Assembly (NCBI RefSeq): GCF_009914755.1 | Contig: NC_060928.1 | Length of the DNA stretch: 64,000 bases | Direction: 5' to 3' (one strand) | Source of the DNA: the human T2T-CHM13v2.0 reference genome, Homo sapiens | Shown: piece by piece, positions 12,321 to 27,016 of the stretch | Position numbering within the stretch: position 1 is the stretch's first letter | How the letters are laid out: every line of letters begins with the position of its first letter | Notes under the pieces: model-generated | Seen by the model: the letters and a program-made list of their open reading frames with translations, nothing else | Databases searched by the model: none | Told to the model about the DNA's origin: nothing | Translations under genes and position numbers: made by a program

Positions 12321-12885
12321 GCCATGATTTTTAGGAGGAAGGATTTTCTGACTGTAGATAGGGGTAATTCTGCTTCCATGGAATGGAATGAAATTCTTGC
12401 TCCATGGCCCGTTGGAAATAGAAATACTCTAAGAGACAGAATTAGGGACAAGCCCTAGCTTTCTACTAAATTCATGACTGATATGGAGCAAGACCCCTTA
12501 AACTTTCTCAGTCTTCATTTTTTTCCATTTGTGTAAAACACAGACAGCAATAATGTGTTGTTCTTCCTTGCAGAGGAGTTTTGAGCATTACATGAGATAA
12601 TACATATGAAAGCCATATGGAATTTTTTAGGAGGTTATCATATGTTTTAATGAGATATTTAATTTTAACAAAACATATCAGATGGGTAATACCTTTAAAT
12701 CAAAACGTTAATTTTGGTTATTTTTTGATGACAAAGATAACAATTTGTGTCTAGAAAACTGTTTCTCAATTTTAAGGCCTCACATAATTCATCCTGAGGA
12801 GATTGGTATTAAAATGAGACCCCTTTCACACACGATGTGTGTGTTTTGGTGGGATGCTGTGCCCTATATGATCATCAATTACTCT

Positions 12886-13310
<425 letters not shown>

Positions 13311-13439
13311 TGATCATCAATTACTCTTAATGGTACAATAGGGTGTTGAATACAATTTTTCTGGAATGGGTATGATAACACTTAATAACCAGTATTAATA
13401 AGAAATAATTTTTATATTCTTATTTATTAATTGCTAGGA

Positions 13440-13650
13440 TAGCATAGGCCTTGGGTTTAATCAGAGCTGAGCTTGGACCCTGGCTTGGACATAACGAGCT
13501 GCATGAGCTGAGTAAGTTCCTACCATTTTCTAAACTGCAGTTTCTTCCTCTTTAAAATAGAAAGTATCTCACTGGGTTGTTCTCGGAATCAAAAGATATG
13601 ACACAGAAAAAGCACTTAGCCTAGTGCTTGGCTTGTAATGAGCGCTCAAT
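13440..13650 (+). mobile_element. MIR
   Basis: ctgcagtttcttcctctttaaaatag core; aagcacttagcctagtgcttggc...gctcaatgaa end. Confidence 0.7.
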
Positions 13651-14241
13651 GAAGGTTACCTATAAGTAGAAGTATTAGTCATAATCCCAGTAAAAATAAC
13701 ACAATAAAAAAGTGTTTATAAATTTTTATTTTCATGTAGATAGTTTGTATAAAAATATTTCAGTGGAGAAAGGAAAACTCGTATTAGCTTGAAAAACTGG
13801 TAGAAACAAGTCACAGACACTTATTAACTAATGCCTCATTATGATTTTTGAATAACTTTCCCTGCTTTCAAAAATGTCTCTTATTAATAGACCTGGGGAA
13901 ACAGAAAATGAACTGCATAGCCTGTAACCTGGTATGCCAAAGGAAGTACATGTCCATTATTTCTATTTACTTGTCTCTTATATGTATGTATTGATCAAAA
14001 AGCAGAAAATGTGTCCATATTACTTCAAGTCTAATTTAGGGCACTCCAGTATCATGAAAGAAGACAGGGAAAACATTTGCTACAATCCCAGCAGAGGAGG
14101 TCAATATGGTATATGTATAGACTAGCAAGATTACACATCCGTTCTCTCTGTGGCAGGTGCACTGATTCTTCTACTGAATGCCATGTAGACTTATTTTTAT
14201 CCTAAGCGAAACATAGGCCACCCTGGGGGGAAATGCCTTAC

Positions 14242-14431
14242 TTTTCTGTTGAAGACCGATCTCTTGGTCGAAGCGGCGGGACTGGAGGTGGAACATGTGG
14301 GGGAGGCACTGGGGAGGACGCATCCTTAAAGGCATTGGGGCTGTTGTCGGAGTGGCTTTTGGAAAGAGGTCTGTAGGTTTGGGTCTTTGCAGCAGGGTGT
14401 GACTGAGCACTGTAGGGTGGGTTGTACAGAC
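14242..14431 (-). CDS. SORBS2: SORBS2 exon (G)[12 protein letters not shown]...[13 protein letters not shown](K) (phase 1-2)
   Basis: tgatag|GT CTG...GAA AA|gtaagg; 190 nt. Confidence 0.96.
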
Positions 14432-16558
14432 CTATCATGACAAAAAACAAAAGCAGACAAAAAACAGAAGCAAATAACCTCTTAAAAATGAATTAAATTA
14501 TTTGTCCCCCTCAAAATAGCCAATGATTGCATAGAAATTATTATCAATAAGCATATTCATAATGCATACATTAGAAGGTAGTTTCTTAATTTATTAATAT
14601 TAATGTACTAATTTCCATTAATTTATTAATTACAAATTTATTCTGTACCTAAGCCCTGATTACAGTAAATCTTTGTCAATTATTTCAGAACTAGTAATAA
14701 TTCAGACTGGTACTAGGAATAGACTTATAAGCACTCAGCAAATTTTCTCTTCAATTGTATACACTAAGAAAATAGTTCAGTTTTCAGAGCAAGATTAAAA
14801 ACGGAACTGTTTCCAAATATCTTCTAATACTTTAAAAACCCTGATTTACATATGAAAATTGACATGCTAATTGTAGTCAAACAAAATATTGCACACAGTT
14901 GTGTTTATAAAGTGCTGTGCAAGGTACAAGGAAACATGAGTCCTCAATATGCTTAGAGTGCACCTGGGAAAATCAGACACAAATAGAATTATGATGGAAA
15001 ATAATTGGTAAAAGATAATAAAGACCAAATGAAGAAAACACATAGTAAGAATTAAAGGATGTTAGTAGGTGGTAGATTGCTCAGAGAAGGTATTATGGAA
15101 CCCACGAGTCCAGAGTCAGCCCTGAATGAGTTTCGGTGAGCAGGGCAAGAGGGGAGCAGGGATGGTATAGAAAAAAAGGCAGAAAAGTGCAAGGTGTGAA
15201 GCCATGGCTTGCACGGTTAGTAGAGAGCAAAGAGACTAGCTGCAGTTGACTCGTCCACTGATCAAATGATCAGCTTGTAGGGCTGTACAAAGTAATATGT
15301 CACTGCTGTTCCATTCACTAATCACTAATGTGACACAAACCTCAATATTAAAACAGTTATAAAAATTCTAAATTTTCCTGCACCCAATCATTGGAGCTAA
15401 TTCTATTTGTACCCGTTCGCTTCTCCTGAAAGTCCATGCACATTTCCACAGCAAATGAAAAGAGACAACATCTACACTTACAGTTTTGCTTGGATTCAAC
15501 AGTCGGACTTCAACTTTTGAGCTAAATAAAGGAGGTGAGTTTGGTGGGCGTGGGAGCAGGGATGAAATTAAGGGAAACATCTTTGTGGGCCTGAAGCTAT
15601 CAGTGGGGCGAGCCAAGACTTAAACCCAGAGGGCTTGCTGAGTTTGTTCTACTGATTTTCCCTCTATCAATTTGTCTTTGGAGATAGGAGCACAATCCCA
15701 AATAGTTAAAGGGCCTGAATGTGGTCTCCAGGGGTGCAGAACAGGAGGATCATGCGACCCCAGGCTGCCCAGAGGACCCCAAGTGAGGTTGCAGCTGCTG
15801 AAGGGGAGGGGAGCAGTGCCAGCCTCCGAGCCTGGTCTAAAGAAAGAAGAAAAAAAATAGTTGTGCACCTGTCCTGAGCCTGTGACTGGGCAGGGAGAGG
15901 AGCCCTGGGCAGAATCCCGAGGCAACACTCAGGAGAAAGTGATGAAGGGAAAAACATTTGTCAGGGGTCCCTCCTTCCAGCCTGCAGACCCCTGCACGAG
16001 ATACCAAGGCTCGCCAATCCAAGTGGCAGTGCCTGGAACTGAAGCCATTCTATTGTGACCACTGGCAATTCTGAGTCAGAAAAGTGGCCCCGCCAAGGGG
16101 GATTTTTAAACTCTTTCAATGAATGGTTGCATTTTGGAGCAAAAGGCAGGGACAAGGTCACAGAATACTTTGTTTGACTTGTTTTTGGTGAAGTGTATCT
16201 GAAAGATCTTACACAATTGTAATCATTCTCTCTGCTGATAAAAGATCTTTATCTTATTTTGTACCCTGGGTTACAGTGTGTCCTTTCAGCCTATCCTTCA
16301 CACTTTGGTTAAACATTCCTGAAGCTGAGAATAAACCAACAGTGGGAATGAATGAGATAAACCAGTATTAGTTCTCATTTCCATGAGAAAAGTCAATCCT
16401 TTTGTTATGCATGCTCTGAGAAAAGAAAAGAAATCCTCCTCCTAATATATGAACTGAAAACATGTGCTCAAACAGAAGGGGAAAAAAGGTGACCGTGTCG
16501 TTCTTCCAAACATTGCTGAGCATAAAATAGTCATTGCGAGCAAGGAAACCCATCCTAC

Positions 16559-16603
16559 CTGCATTGTATGTATAAGGAGTATTATACATGTCTGTGTCAT
16601 CAT
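16559..16603 (-). CDS. SORBS2: SORBS2 45-nt exon (D)DDTDMYNTPYTYNA(G) (phase 1-1)
   Basis: tttctag|AT GAT...GCA G|gtagga. Confidence 0.95.
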
Positions 16604-16734
16604 CTAGAAAATGAAACATAAATATTATGGTAATATAGATTGTCACCAAAGGACAACGAGACAGCAGAACTTCAGACAAACAACAGAAATTTGTTAGAAA
16701 AGCAACGTATTTTTCCTAGTTCATAATGCCATTT

Positions 16735-16905
16735 TCTTTCTTTTTTTCTTTTTTTTTAAGAGACAGGGTTTTACCCTGTCGTCCAGTCTGGAGTGCAGTG
16801 GTGATCATTGCTTACTGCAGCCTCCAAACCTCCAACCCCTGGGCTCAAATCATTCTCCCACATTAGCCTTCTGAGTAGCTGGGATTACAGGTGTGTGCCA
16901 CCACA
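16735..16905 (-). mobile_element. FLAM/AluJ right-arm fragment
   Basis: T-tail plus gagacagggt...gtgtgccaccaca. Confidence 0.85.
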
Positions 16906-17436
16906 GGCCTCTGCAAACTGCCCTTTTTTGTCTGTAACATATTCGTCTTGCTGCCCTCTTCGTAGCATGCAAAGTCAGGCCCTTGTCCTCGCTTCCCCAG
17001 AAACCTCTCTGCTCTGGATCGCAAATTTCCTTTACTAAGTGCTTTAGTGGTCTCCTGTCTACAGAGCAGGCTCAGGCAGACCCGCGCAGGCTCACTCTCC
17101 TGATGAGAGCAGACAGGGGTGGACAGAGGAACAATGTGTTTTTCACCCAGGCAACACACCAATTTAGACTGTGGACAGGGGAGGATGGAGGGCTGAGGCC
17201 AGAGTGCCTGGTTGTCCTCCATGGGGAGGCTTCTTGGCAGCTCAGGTGGGAGGCAGAGGCACAGGGATCTGTCACCGGAGGGGTGACAGAAGGAGAACAG
17301 GAGGCATGCTGAAAAGAAAGGGGACACGGAGTTTGCTGGGGTCTTGACATTGTGTGTGAATCAAACCGATGCAAAAGACGAATGTAGTCCCTTCAACCCA
17401 CAAGGACCTCATCAGAAAGCAGAGCAGCAGACATAC

Positions 17437-17503
17437 CCGGCTTGTGCACCATGTGAATTTGCTTAAACATCGTCTTGTACCAGTCCTTGGGCCGGTCGAC
17501 TGT
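17437..17503 (-). CDS. SORBS2: SORBS2 SoHo exon [22 protein letters not shown](D) (phase 0-1)
   Basis: cattacag|ACA GTC...CCG G|gtatgt; 67 nt. Confidence 0.97.
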
Positions 17504-18174
17504 CTGTAATGAAGAGAGCGTCCAATGGTTACAAACTGGCTTCCAATCAACATCGCTTCTCAGTGTTTTCATTTCTCTATTTTATGTTCTTAATAACAGA
17601 GTCCCATTCTGTGATAAAATGTTCTGACTCTTTGCTATGGCTTCATGACAGTTTCAGCAATTTACTTAGTTATGTGTGCAGTTTGTAAACATATGGCCTT
17701 GTGTTTGAATTTAGGCTGAGTTGGAACATTAGATGCTATGGTTTTATTTTTTCAAGTTATAGCTGTACCCTGCACTAGAGAGTTGATATTTGCACAAATA
17801 TATAAAGTTCACTTAATGTAAGTTATTGTTGTACTAATTTGTTTAACTCCTTTTGGTAGATAATGATCATTATCCTTAGATGCTTTTTATTGAATGTTCT
17901 GTAAGACAGTGTTTTCAGAATTAACTGGGGAATATTTTTGACTCAAATCGTATTCTGATCAGTGTGGCTCTAGAGAAATAAATTTGCTATTTACTAGTCT
18001 AAGCTACTAAAATACTGAATGTAGTAGGCATCCCAGAGTCCTACGGAAAATTTAAGAATGTAGATATTGCTTCAAAAATGCTAATATGATAACAGAGTGT
18101 ATACAACATTTGCTCGGCTAAAATTGTAGGTTCCTTGAGAGTAGAAGTCCTTACGGATCCAGGCGTCGGACATG

Positions 18175-18440
18175 AGGGGAGCAGTAGGCTGTAGTGGAAA
18201 GATGAAATTAATGTAGAGTCTTGAACTAAGATTCAAATCTTGGTTCCTTAAATTGCTGCTTAATACACCCTAGCAATACGAATCTGGGCAAGTCATGTCA
18301 CCTTCTTGAGCCTCAGTTTTCTCCTCTCTAAAGTGACATAATTATATCTAAATCATAGGATTGTTATGGAAATCGAATGAGACAATGTATACACAAGACC
18401 TAGAACAATGCCTAGAATATAACAACTACTCAATAAATAA
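18175..18440 (+). mobile_element. MIR
   Basis: ctgggcaagtcatgtcaccttcttgagcctcagttttctcctctctaaag core. Confidence 0.8.
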
Positions 18441-20347
18441 TAACACTAGGGAACTGCAAATATTTGTAGAATGAAATAATGAATGAACGTAGCCTATTGG
18501 ATAGAGCTCTGCCTTTCTGGATACCTGTAAAAGTAGACACATGCTTTTATAATCGTACTCACAGATTTTGCTTGGCAAGATCTTACCCCAACTCTCTGAG
18601 AGCTACCTGGGCAACAGGCTTGATGATTCTGCTTATAGTAACTAAACACACCAGACGTTCCAAGACAGATCTCGATTTAAAAACTTCTGTTAGGACTGAT
18701 ACGAAAGCATTCTTATACTTACTAGACTGAGCTTTGGGTTAGATTTTATTGCCTGATCTTTTTTTCCCCAGAAATGTGGTCACTGCATTTTTCCTCTGGA
18801 CATTAAGGGTTTTGTGCTATATCTAAATTTATTTTGACCTCTGAGAATATATTATTCTGAAAAATCACCCCAAATACAGGTTAACATGAAGGGCCACTTG
18901 ACTTCGTTGTGAGTCAGCTCTTCATTCTCGGCTCTTTCTCCATGGAAGAGTTGAGGTTATTGATTGACTATTCAGTCAAAGGACGGGACATGGTGGAAGG
19001 GATTGCAGTGGTGAAGCAAAGGTCTATTATTTGCTGGTTCAAAGTTGCTAAACATGTATCTTTCAAGAAAGTTTATTTTTATAAAGGACTGATTTCTCTT
19101 TCATTAAACCTCATTTCTTTTACTGTACCAAAGCAACAGAAAATACAACATAGTGTTGTGCAAAAATGTTTTCCTGGACGTGCTGATGGCAACAAGGAAG
19201 CCTACTAAGTAAGTCCTATCACTGTGTATGGCAATACATGTTGACAGACAGGTTTTTTTTTCTTCACTTGCTGGAGGGCCTATATCAGGTAGGATCTCAC
19301 AGTGATGCCATCTGCTAGCTTTATATGGTGAGCACAAAGATGCCAGAAAATGCCCTGCTGGCAAAGGGAAATATGAAGCTGGAAAAATAAAATACGAAAA
19401 CTCTATGTCCCTTTCTAAAAGAAGTACTCTAAGCATTTAAAGTTCCTTTTGTAAATGCCATCATGGAGATCGCTATGCCTAAGGCTGAGAATAAGAAAAT
19501 AGTCTACTCAAATTTCAGGAAGTTTACTTTTGTACGTAAAATCATTTTGCATGAAAAATAGCTACTAGCAATTCACTATGCCGTTTTTTTCTACAACCTT
19601 GACTAAATAGACCTGAATTTTTACATTCCTACAGTTTTCAAAACATCAGAACTCTACACTGATTTAACACGCAGAGATTTCAAAAAAGAAAAAAAAGGAC
19701 ATATTTTCTACATAGCAGTATACAGTGACTCTGTTCTATTTTTTTCTCCTTTTCAGTTTTGAAAATACTCAAACAAGTGTTATATTGGAAGTAGAAGAAA
19801 AGAATCTTGTATTTCACTTAACTAGCTGGCCTTAATGACACAATCTCATGGGAGCTGAGCCCTGGCGATTTTTGTTGTTTTGAAGAACAGCACTGAAAGG
19901 TTCACATAGATGTCCCAGGTCACATGAGAGAGGGCAATCTGGAGAGCTGATTCCCTGCATTAAAATAGCTCAAAAGTACTGTTTGTTGACTCTTGGCTTT
20001 CTAGAGTTTCTGGATGACTTTACAAAATTCTGTTTCCTCGGCATAGGCTGGCTGTCTAAAACGATACTGCAGCATGGTACATTGTGACAGTACCGCCTTT
20101 GGCAAATACTCTGAATCTGATCATCATTACTTTCTACACATGAGAAAGAAAAACAACCTTGGAGAGTCTTGGCCTGCTGTGGCTCAGAGACAGCCTGACT
20201 TGACATTTATAACCACAGCTATACATGGGGATGTACTCTGGAGGGCTGTATAGTCAGTGTAAGAGGAGAGTCCTCATAGACCTGGACCTTCTTTGTCAAG
20301 TTTTAAAGGTCCAAGTAAGACAACAATTGTGCATAAAAATTACAGTT

Positions 20348-20357
20348 CCTTATAAGG
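20348..20357. promoter_or_regulatory. Consensus CArG box CCTTATAAGG inside an 18-bp perfect palindrome
   Basis: agttccttataaggaact at 20344-20361 is its own reverse complement. Confidence 0.45.
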
Positions 20358-21390
20358 AACTTCTGCATTGGTTATATTGTGTTTTCTATTTTATAGAAGG
20401 GAAACTGGCATTAAATGTTTAGTGTGTTTGCTTATGCATACCCAAACGTGCTTTTGATTTGGCAGTTGATAAACATTTTAAAAATTTTAAGATGATTTAA
20501 TTTTCATCAACCATCTCTAGCATCTCAGTTTTTCCTTTTGAAACTAACCAGGCAAAGTCTGGTTAGTTAAGGAAATTATGTCTTATAAAGGAAGAAAACA
20601 TGGACCAGGCTTGCATGTCCATTATATATCATTTATTGACCTAAAAACATACCCAGATATCTTTGATAAAATCCTCTCAGACAGAATCTATAACTACATA
20701 GAATCAGGGCTTTCTTAATTTTGTCTATACTATGCCTCAAGTGCCAGTTACACAAAACCAATGACACCATTTCTGTCTGACTGTCTATCCCTATATAATT
20801 AGAAGAAAGTTTCAAATTTAACCATTTTGAGTCAGAAATCTTAGAAGGGAAATGAACAAGAAAACATCATCACCAGAAACATGTAATCATCATAAAATGA
20901 AGAATATTGGTCATAATCCCTGAACTTTTCTTTGGCACATAAATATGGCAATCGTCAGTTTCAAGACAGATTGTTAGAATGTCATATCACATTCAACGTT
21001 TCCTCAATCTAAAGAGTCTAAAACCCCAGTAACTGCTGTACAGATTTACTTTTTGGCTTTCAATTGTAATATAGATGCTGAGAATAATCCATTTTAAACT
21101 CTTCTGTCTGTATATAAAACACATAATCCCCATATAAGAATGTAAAGTCAAGGAGAGAAGAAAATCCCCACACTTTATCGTTAGTTCTTTTTGACTGTTT
21201 CCAATCTTACCACCGCTTTTTTTTTTTTTTTCCTGCTCTCTTTCCCATTCTTTGCCTCTATCCCTTATTGTCTTGGCTGCCCAGGTCTGCATTCCAGGGG
21301 AGCAGCTCTTGGCCACACCCCAGCTTTACATGGGTCTTGCTGCAAAGTATATGCAGCTGCAGTCCCTCCCCGCATGGCCCCCAACTTCAC

Positions 21391-21414
21391 CTGCAAAGGT
21401 GTTGTTGCTTTCAT
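21391..21414 (-). CDS. SORBS2: Alternative first coding exon MKATTPLQ (sorbin N-terminus); 5'UTR extends upstream
   Basis: acaggATG AAA GCA ACA ACA CCT TTG CAG|gtgaag; -3 A Kozak; phase 0 joins TVDRPK; porcine sorbin begins [14 protein letters not shown]. Confidence 0.88.
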
Positions 21415-22199
21415 CCTGTCCCCGGCTTCCTTCTCCCGGCTGGCACAAGCCTTCTCTTCCAGTGGACTTGGTCAGCCAGCTGCTGCCTGCCCAGGCTCTC
21501 AGAAGCTGCCTCTGCTACTGCTGCGTTTTGCCGGAAGGGGCTGCCCAGATACACTGAGCAATGCTTTGGCAGAGTTTTAAAACTTAAAAAAAAATCCAAA
21601 CACTTTCACTTATCATCCCAGGAGAGCTCTCAGCAGGCACGGCTGAAGAGGGACATTAAAATGTGTATTTTTCTTCAGACAGCTTTTCCTTTCCATGACA
21701 TTAACTCTCTTCACTCCAATCATCTCACCTCCCAACTCCCAAATCACAGCTTCCAATCTCCCGGTGTTAACACACATCTATTTCAAAAAACGAACACATC
21801 ACTGCTTTATTCGCAATGCATGTGGGAATTCAATGCAGCCAAAGAATTTCCATTGTCTTGTTCCTTCTCTTTTCTCTCTATTGCCCTAAGCCTCCTTGGT
21901 AAAAGGTAAAAGAAAAACAAACAAACAAACAAACTAAACCACACAACACAGTTTTACCATTTAACAAAATCGCAATGTTCATGATGTTTCATTCAAATGG
22001 AAAAACAGATTGTGTAATTCTCTCCCATCAACAGCTTTCTTTCTCTGCCACACACAGCATAACATTCATGAGAAGTCGGATGGCACGGAGGGCAATCCTC
22101 CTTATATAAGACCCTAGGAATGCACAAAGCCGTGGACAATCCGTCCTTTGTGGAGTCTGTGCACAGCCCCAGACAGACGCACACGCTGGCATTTCCTAC

Positions 22200-22372
22200 C
22201 GTTCTAATTGCTGTGGGGATTCCGGATTCATCCACGGGCCCGATCCCTGGGTAATGCGGGGCTTTGATGACTGTCACTCTCTTCTCTTCCTCTGAGGATC
22301 GGTACAGGGGGATAGAGCTGCTGGTGGTGCCATCCAGAGACTGCGCATGCTGGGGATATGTGTCTGTGGAAT
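22200..22372 (-). CDS. SORBS2: SORBS2 exon (D)STDTYPQH...[25 protein letters not shown]-half of SoHo (phase 1-0)
   Basis: ctgtgcag|AT TCC...AGA ACG|gtagga; 173 nt. Confidence 0.97.
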
Positions 22373-23467
22373 CTGCACAGAAAATTTGGTAACATGGAAC
22401 GTATTCGTTGCACAGGGAATCATAAATTCATGTGTCTTGTTGTATATTTATGCCAACTGTAACACAGAGACCATATTGCCATCACTGTCCCTTTTAACTC
22501 ATTTACTTTCCATCTGAGCTGGTGGAAACTGTGTAGGTGTGCGGGGAACAGACCTATACCAACAAGGGCCTCACCATTTTATGAAGAAGGCTGAGGGAAG
22601 AATGGCATTTGTTAAATGACTGTGTGGAGGCCTCTGAGTTAGGAAGTGCTCTAAATGCATTACCTCTTCTTATCCTTCCAGTAATCTTTGAGGGAGGGCA
22701 GGATAGGGGGAGCAAGAACCAGTGTTATAGATAAGGGGCAGGAGCTGAGACAAGTTCAGTAATTTCCCTCAGGTCATCATTTACATCAATATTATTCTTG
22801 TGATACTGCTACTACTATTATTTATAGGTTTTGAAATGTATTTCCAGACAAAGACATGACTGTTGAGTCAGTAACAGTGATTTCATAAAAATGAAGCAAA
22901 ACCAAAAATCACTTAAAAAAATCTTCACATCCAAGCCTTTGGACATGAAAGCTTCTGAATAAATAAATGCTGTAAAATTATTAGTACGATTTCCTATGTG
23001 CATTTTTACCTTAAAATATCAAAAACTATGACTTTTTACTCTTTGATGACAAAAACTGCCCTAAGGATATAATTTAGATGAGGCTTATCGAGTTCTTCAT
23101 GTTTTTTAGTAACTTCTAGAATACTTTCAGAAGCAACAGAGTACAGACATGCAGTATATAGTCCATTTACTTCTAATACACAGGAATTTTAAAAAATCAT
23201 CATTATTACCGTTCCTCTGGTATGATTAATAATATGCCTTTATATTTTTCTGCAATTAATTTGAAAATGTTGGTGACAAAGAATGACACTTTGTATATAC
23301 TCTTTATATCATGGTTTGTCAGGACTGCCACTCAGAAAGTCCTTTAAGGTGGAAATGAAAAAAATTCTCATGTTTCAGGGTGGGACTCATTGATATCATT
23401 ATGTGTATATGATATATATCATGTATAAATGTATTTTTCATGAAAAATTTGTATAAAATAAGTAAGC

Positions 23468-23779
23468 TTTTTTTTTTTTTTTTGAGATGGAGTCTCGCTC
23501 TGTCACCCAGCTGGAGTGCAGTGGTGTGGTCTCAACCTCAGCCTCCTGGGTTCAAGCGATTCTCCTGCCTCAGCCTCCAGAGTAGCTGGGACTACAGGTG
23601 CGTGCCACCATGCCTGTACAAAAAATTTTTGTACAAAATACAAAAAATTTTTTGTATTTTTAGTAGAGACGGGGTTTCACCATGCTAGCTAGGATGGTCC
23701 TGATCTCCTGACCTCATGATCCGCCCGCCTCGGCCTCCCAAAGTGCTGGGATTACAGGCGTGAGCCACCGTGGCCGGCC
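23468..23779 (-). mobile_element. Alu (S/Y) with rearranged middle A-rich linker
   Basis: Poly-T plus Alu reverse complement; tacaaaaaatttttgta repeated internally. Confidence 0.93.
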
Positions 23780-23993
23780 ATAAGGAAGCTTTTTAAGAAA
23801 TTTTAACTCATCAATATAAGGGTAATTAAAATTCAGATCTCTCTGAGGTAAAATCCATTGTAACATTTGTAACTGCTATTACTATGATTATGACTATTTT
23901 CAATTTAGTTTGCATCAGAAAGTCATTTTTAATACATTTTTTGATGAAGAATGGATAAGGCTAGTTATAAAACTGCTTTATGTGCAGTTTATG

Positions 23994-24495
<502 letters not shown>

Positions 24496-25392
24496 AAGCT
24501 AGTCCTTATTAAGACACGGTGAGATATTTGACACTAATTGACTTTCTATTTAATTCCAAAAAGGACTTGAGTGGGTCTCCATGATACTAGTATTTTTATT
24601 AGCGACGAATGTTTTTTGAACACCAGCATGTGCAAAGTCCTACTCTAAGCAAGGAGAATCAACTCTGCCTTCACATCTGATCCATTACATTCTATGAACC
24701 CATACCTTATGCAATATAAGTTAACCCTTTATTTTATTATTCTCATATATGGTCCACTAGCTGTCATCTTAGCAATCTTTTGTCCTAAACTAAGTGTAAA
24801 ATTCATCTAGGGCAAGGTAGATGTACATATTCCTCCGAAACCTTATCACAGCACTGGCCAGCTGGAATTTGTTCAGTGTTTACATTGGGAATTTCTTCCC
24901 ATGCAGAATATTTTATATGTAAAATCTACTTATCAATATATTCTAAAATCAAAGCCTATCTACATTCAAGTATTTTTGTTGTTGTTGTTGGGTGGGGATA
25001 GGGACAAAACTGCATTCACTAAGACAGGCAATGAGACAGAGTCAGGCTTTGTTAATAATTATTTGGGAAAAAGCTGTGGCTAGAATAATTTGTCGAGTTT
25101 TACTTTATATGTGTGTAAATGCATAGTTCCATTTTAAACAATCTAGATATAATGGACTTCCATTATAACACCACACTATGGGCTGATTGTTAAAGGGCAA
25201 AATTTCGGCATAAACCAGTTTTACTTCCTTAACTCTAAAAGGACATCATTGTAGGATTCACAGATGATCCTCAGGCATAGCATCAGCGAAGGCACAGATA
25301 TATTTAGACTTTAATAAGTCCCGCGGCTACCTTTAAAGTTTTATAGTTATAGAGCTTTGGTTGACCTCAGAAGCTGAGTTCCACCATGCACA

Positions 25393-25551
25393 TGCTGGAT
25401 GGTGACATAAAACATCCCTGAATAAACGAACAGCATCATAGCCTCTCAATACTGAATCAGTGCTGGGGAAGGAGGTGCATTGTCTGTGTCAAAGAAGACA
25501 TGGTGGTTCAAGTCCTGGGTTTTAGTTTCTTTCCCCCTGTTGCTGGCCCCT
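25393..25551 (+). repeat. Copy 2 of the ~160-bp direct duplication
   Basis: tgctggatggtgacataaaa...ctttccccctg..ctggcccct shared with copy 1. Confidence 0.9.
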
Positions 25552-25754
25552 GTGGCCAGAGGACCAGGCCTCTCCTTTTCTGGGAGGTGCAGGATGGTGC
25601 TGCTGTCCTGAGAATTCCCCTCTGCTCCCTGCTGTCCTAGAAGCTTCCTAGTGAGTCGACATCATGGAAACTTGTACAGCCTGAATTCCTATGATAGTTC
25701 AATTTCGTATTTTTTTTGATATTTTAGGTTTTTAAGTTACATTTTTACAAACTA

Positions 25755-26253
<499 letters not shown>

Positions 26254-26877
26254 TCACTGAATTCCTAGTCCTCAGAGGGTTGAGAACGATTGCTCTATAC
26301 AATGACAGAACCTTCATTTAAGGGAACACTTAAGTTTCTCTTGTGTGGCTTCCTGCTACCATATCCCTGACTGCAGGTCTTCCAGCCTTGGTTTGAATGG
26401 TGGTTTTCTCCTTGTGTGAGCCAGTAGATGACTGCGTCCCTGCTTTGTGGGACAGCCTGTCCTCCTGTTACACTGTTTTAACTGTCAAACGATTCTCCCT
26501 TATATAGACCCCAGGAAATAGTCCATGGTGGAAGCTCTTCCAAGTCCGAACAAGCTGCCCTAGTGGAAAACCTGCATTCATGTCCTCCAGTGGCACAAAC
26601 CCCCTTGCCCTAAGTAGCCATTTTCTTTTTCTTTCTACTCCACCACCTCAGACATCTAAGTGCCCACACCAGGCTCAGACACAGGTGGAGACATGGTCTT
26701 GGAATAGCATGGTGCCCATTTCCTCCCATGTTGGGTCCTCTGCCCCAGTTTCTCCCTGGGGATAGGGTCATGAGTGCTGAGCGCTCCCGCCTCACCTTGA
26801 TGCCGCATATCTTTCTCCTGTGGTTGTACTTGCCGCATTGAGGTTGCCATGGAAATCACGGTGAGTAAATTACTTAC

Positions 26878-27016
26878 CGAGGGATGTGCCGTGCTGCATG
26901 ACAATGCTGGAGTTGAGTGAGGCTGGGAGAGAATATGCCGAGGGGGAAAACGGCCTCTGATAGTAACTCATGGGACTCACGGCACCTCCTGAGTTTCCAT
27001 TCACTGTTATCTGGCT
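26878..27016 (-). CDS. SORBS2: SORBS2 exon [23 protein letters not shown]...QHGTSL(D) (phase 0-1); internal ATG at 26971 is the classical ArgBP2 start
   Basis: ttttctcag|AGC CAG...CTC G|gtaagt; 139 nt. Confidence 0.97.

Noticed and set aside
21268-21909. 213-aa + strand ORF over the MKATTPLQ exon/promoter
   Set aside because: Low-complexity, no domain resemblance, explained as antisense to a GC-rich 5'UTR
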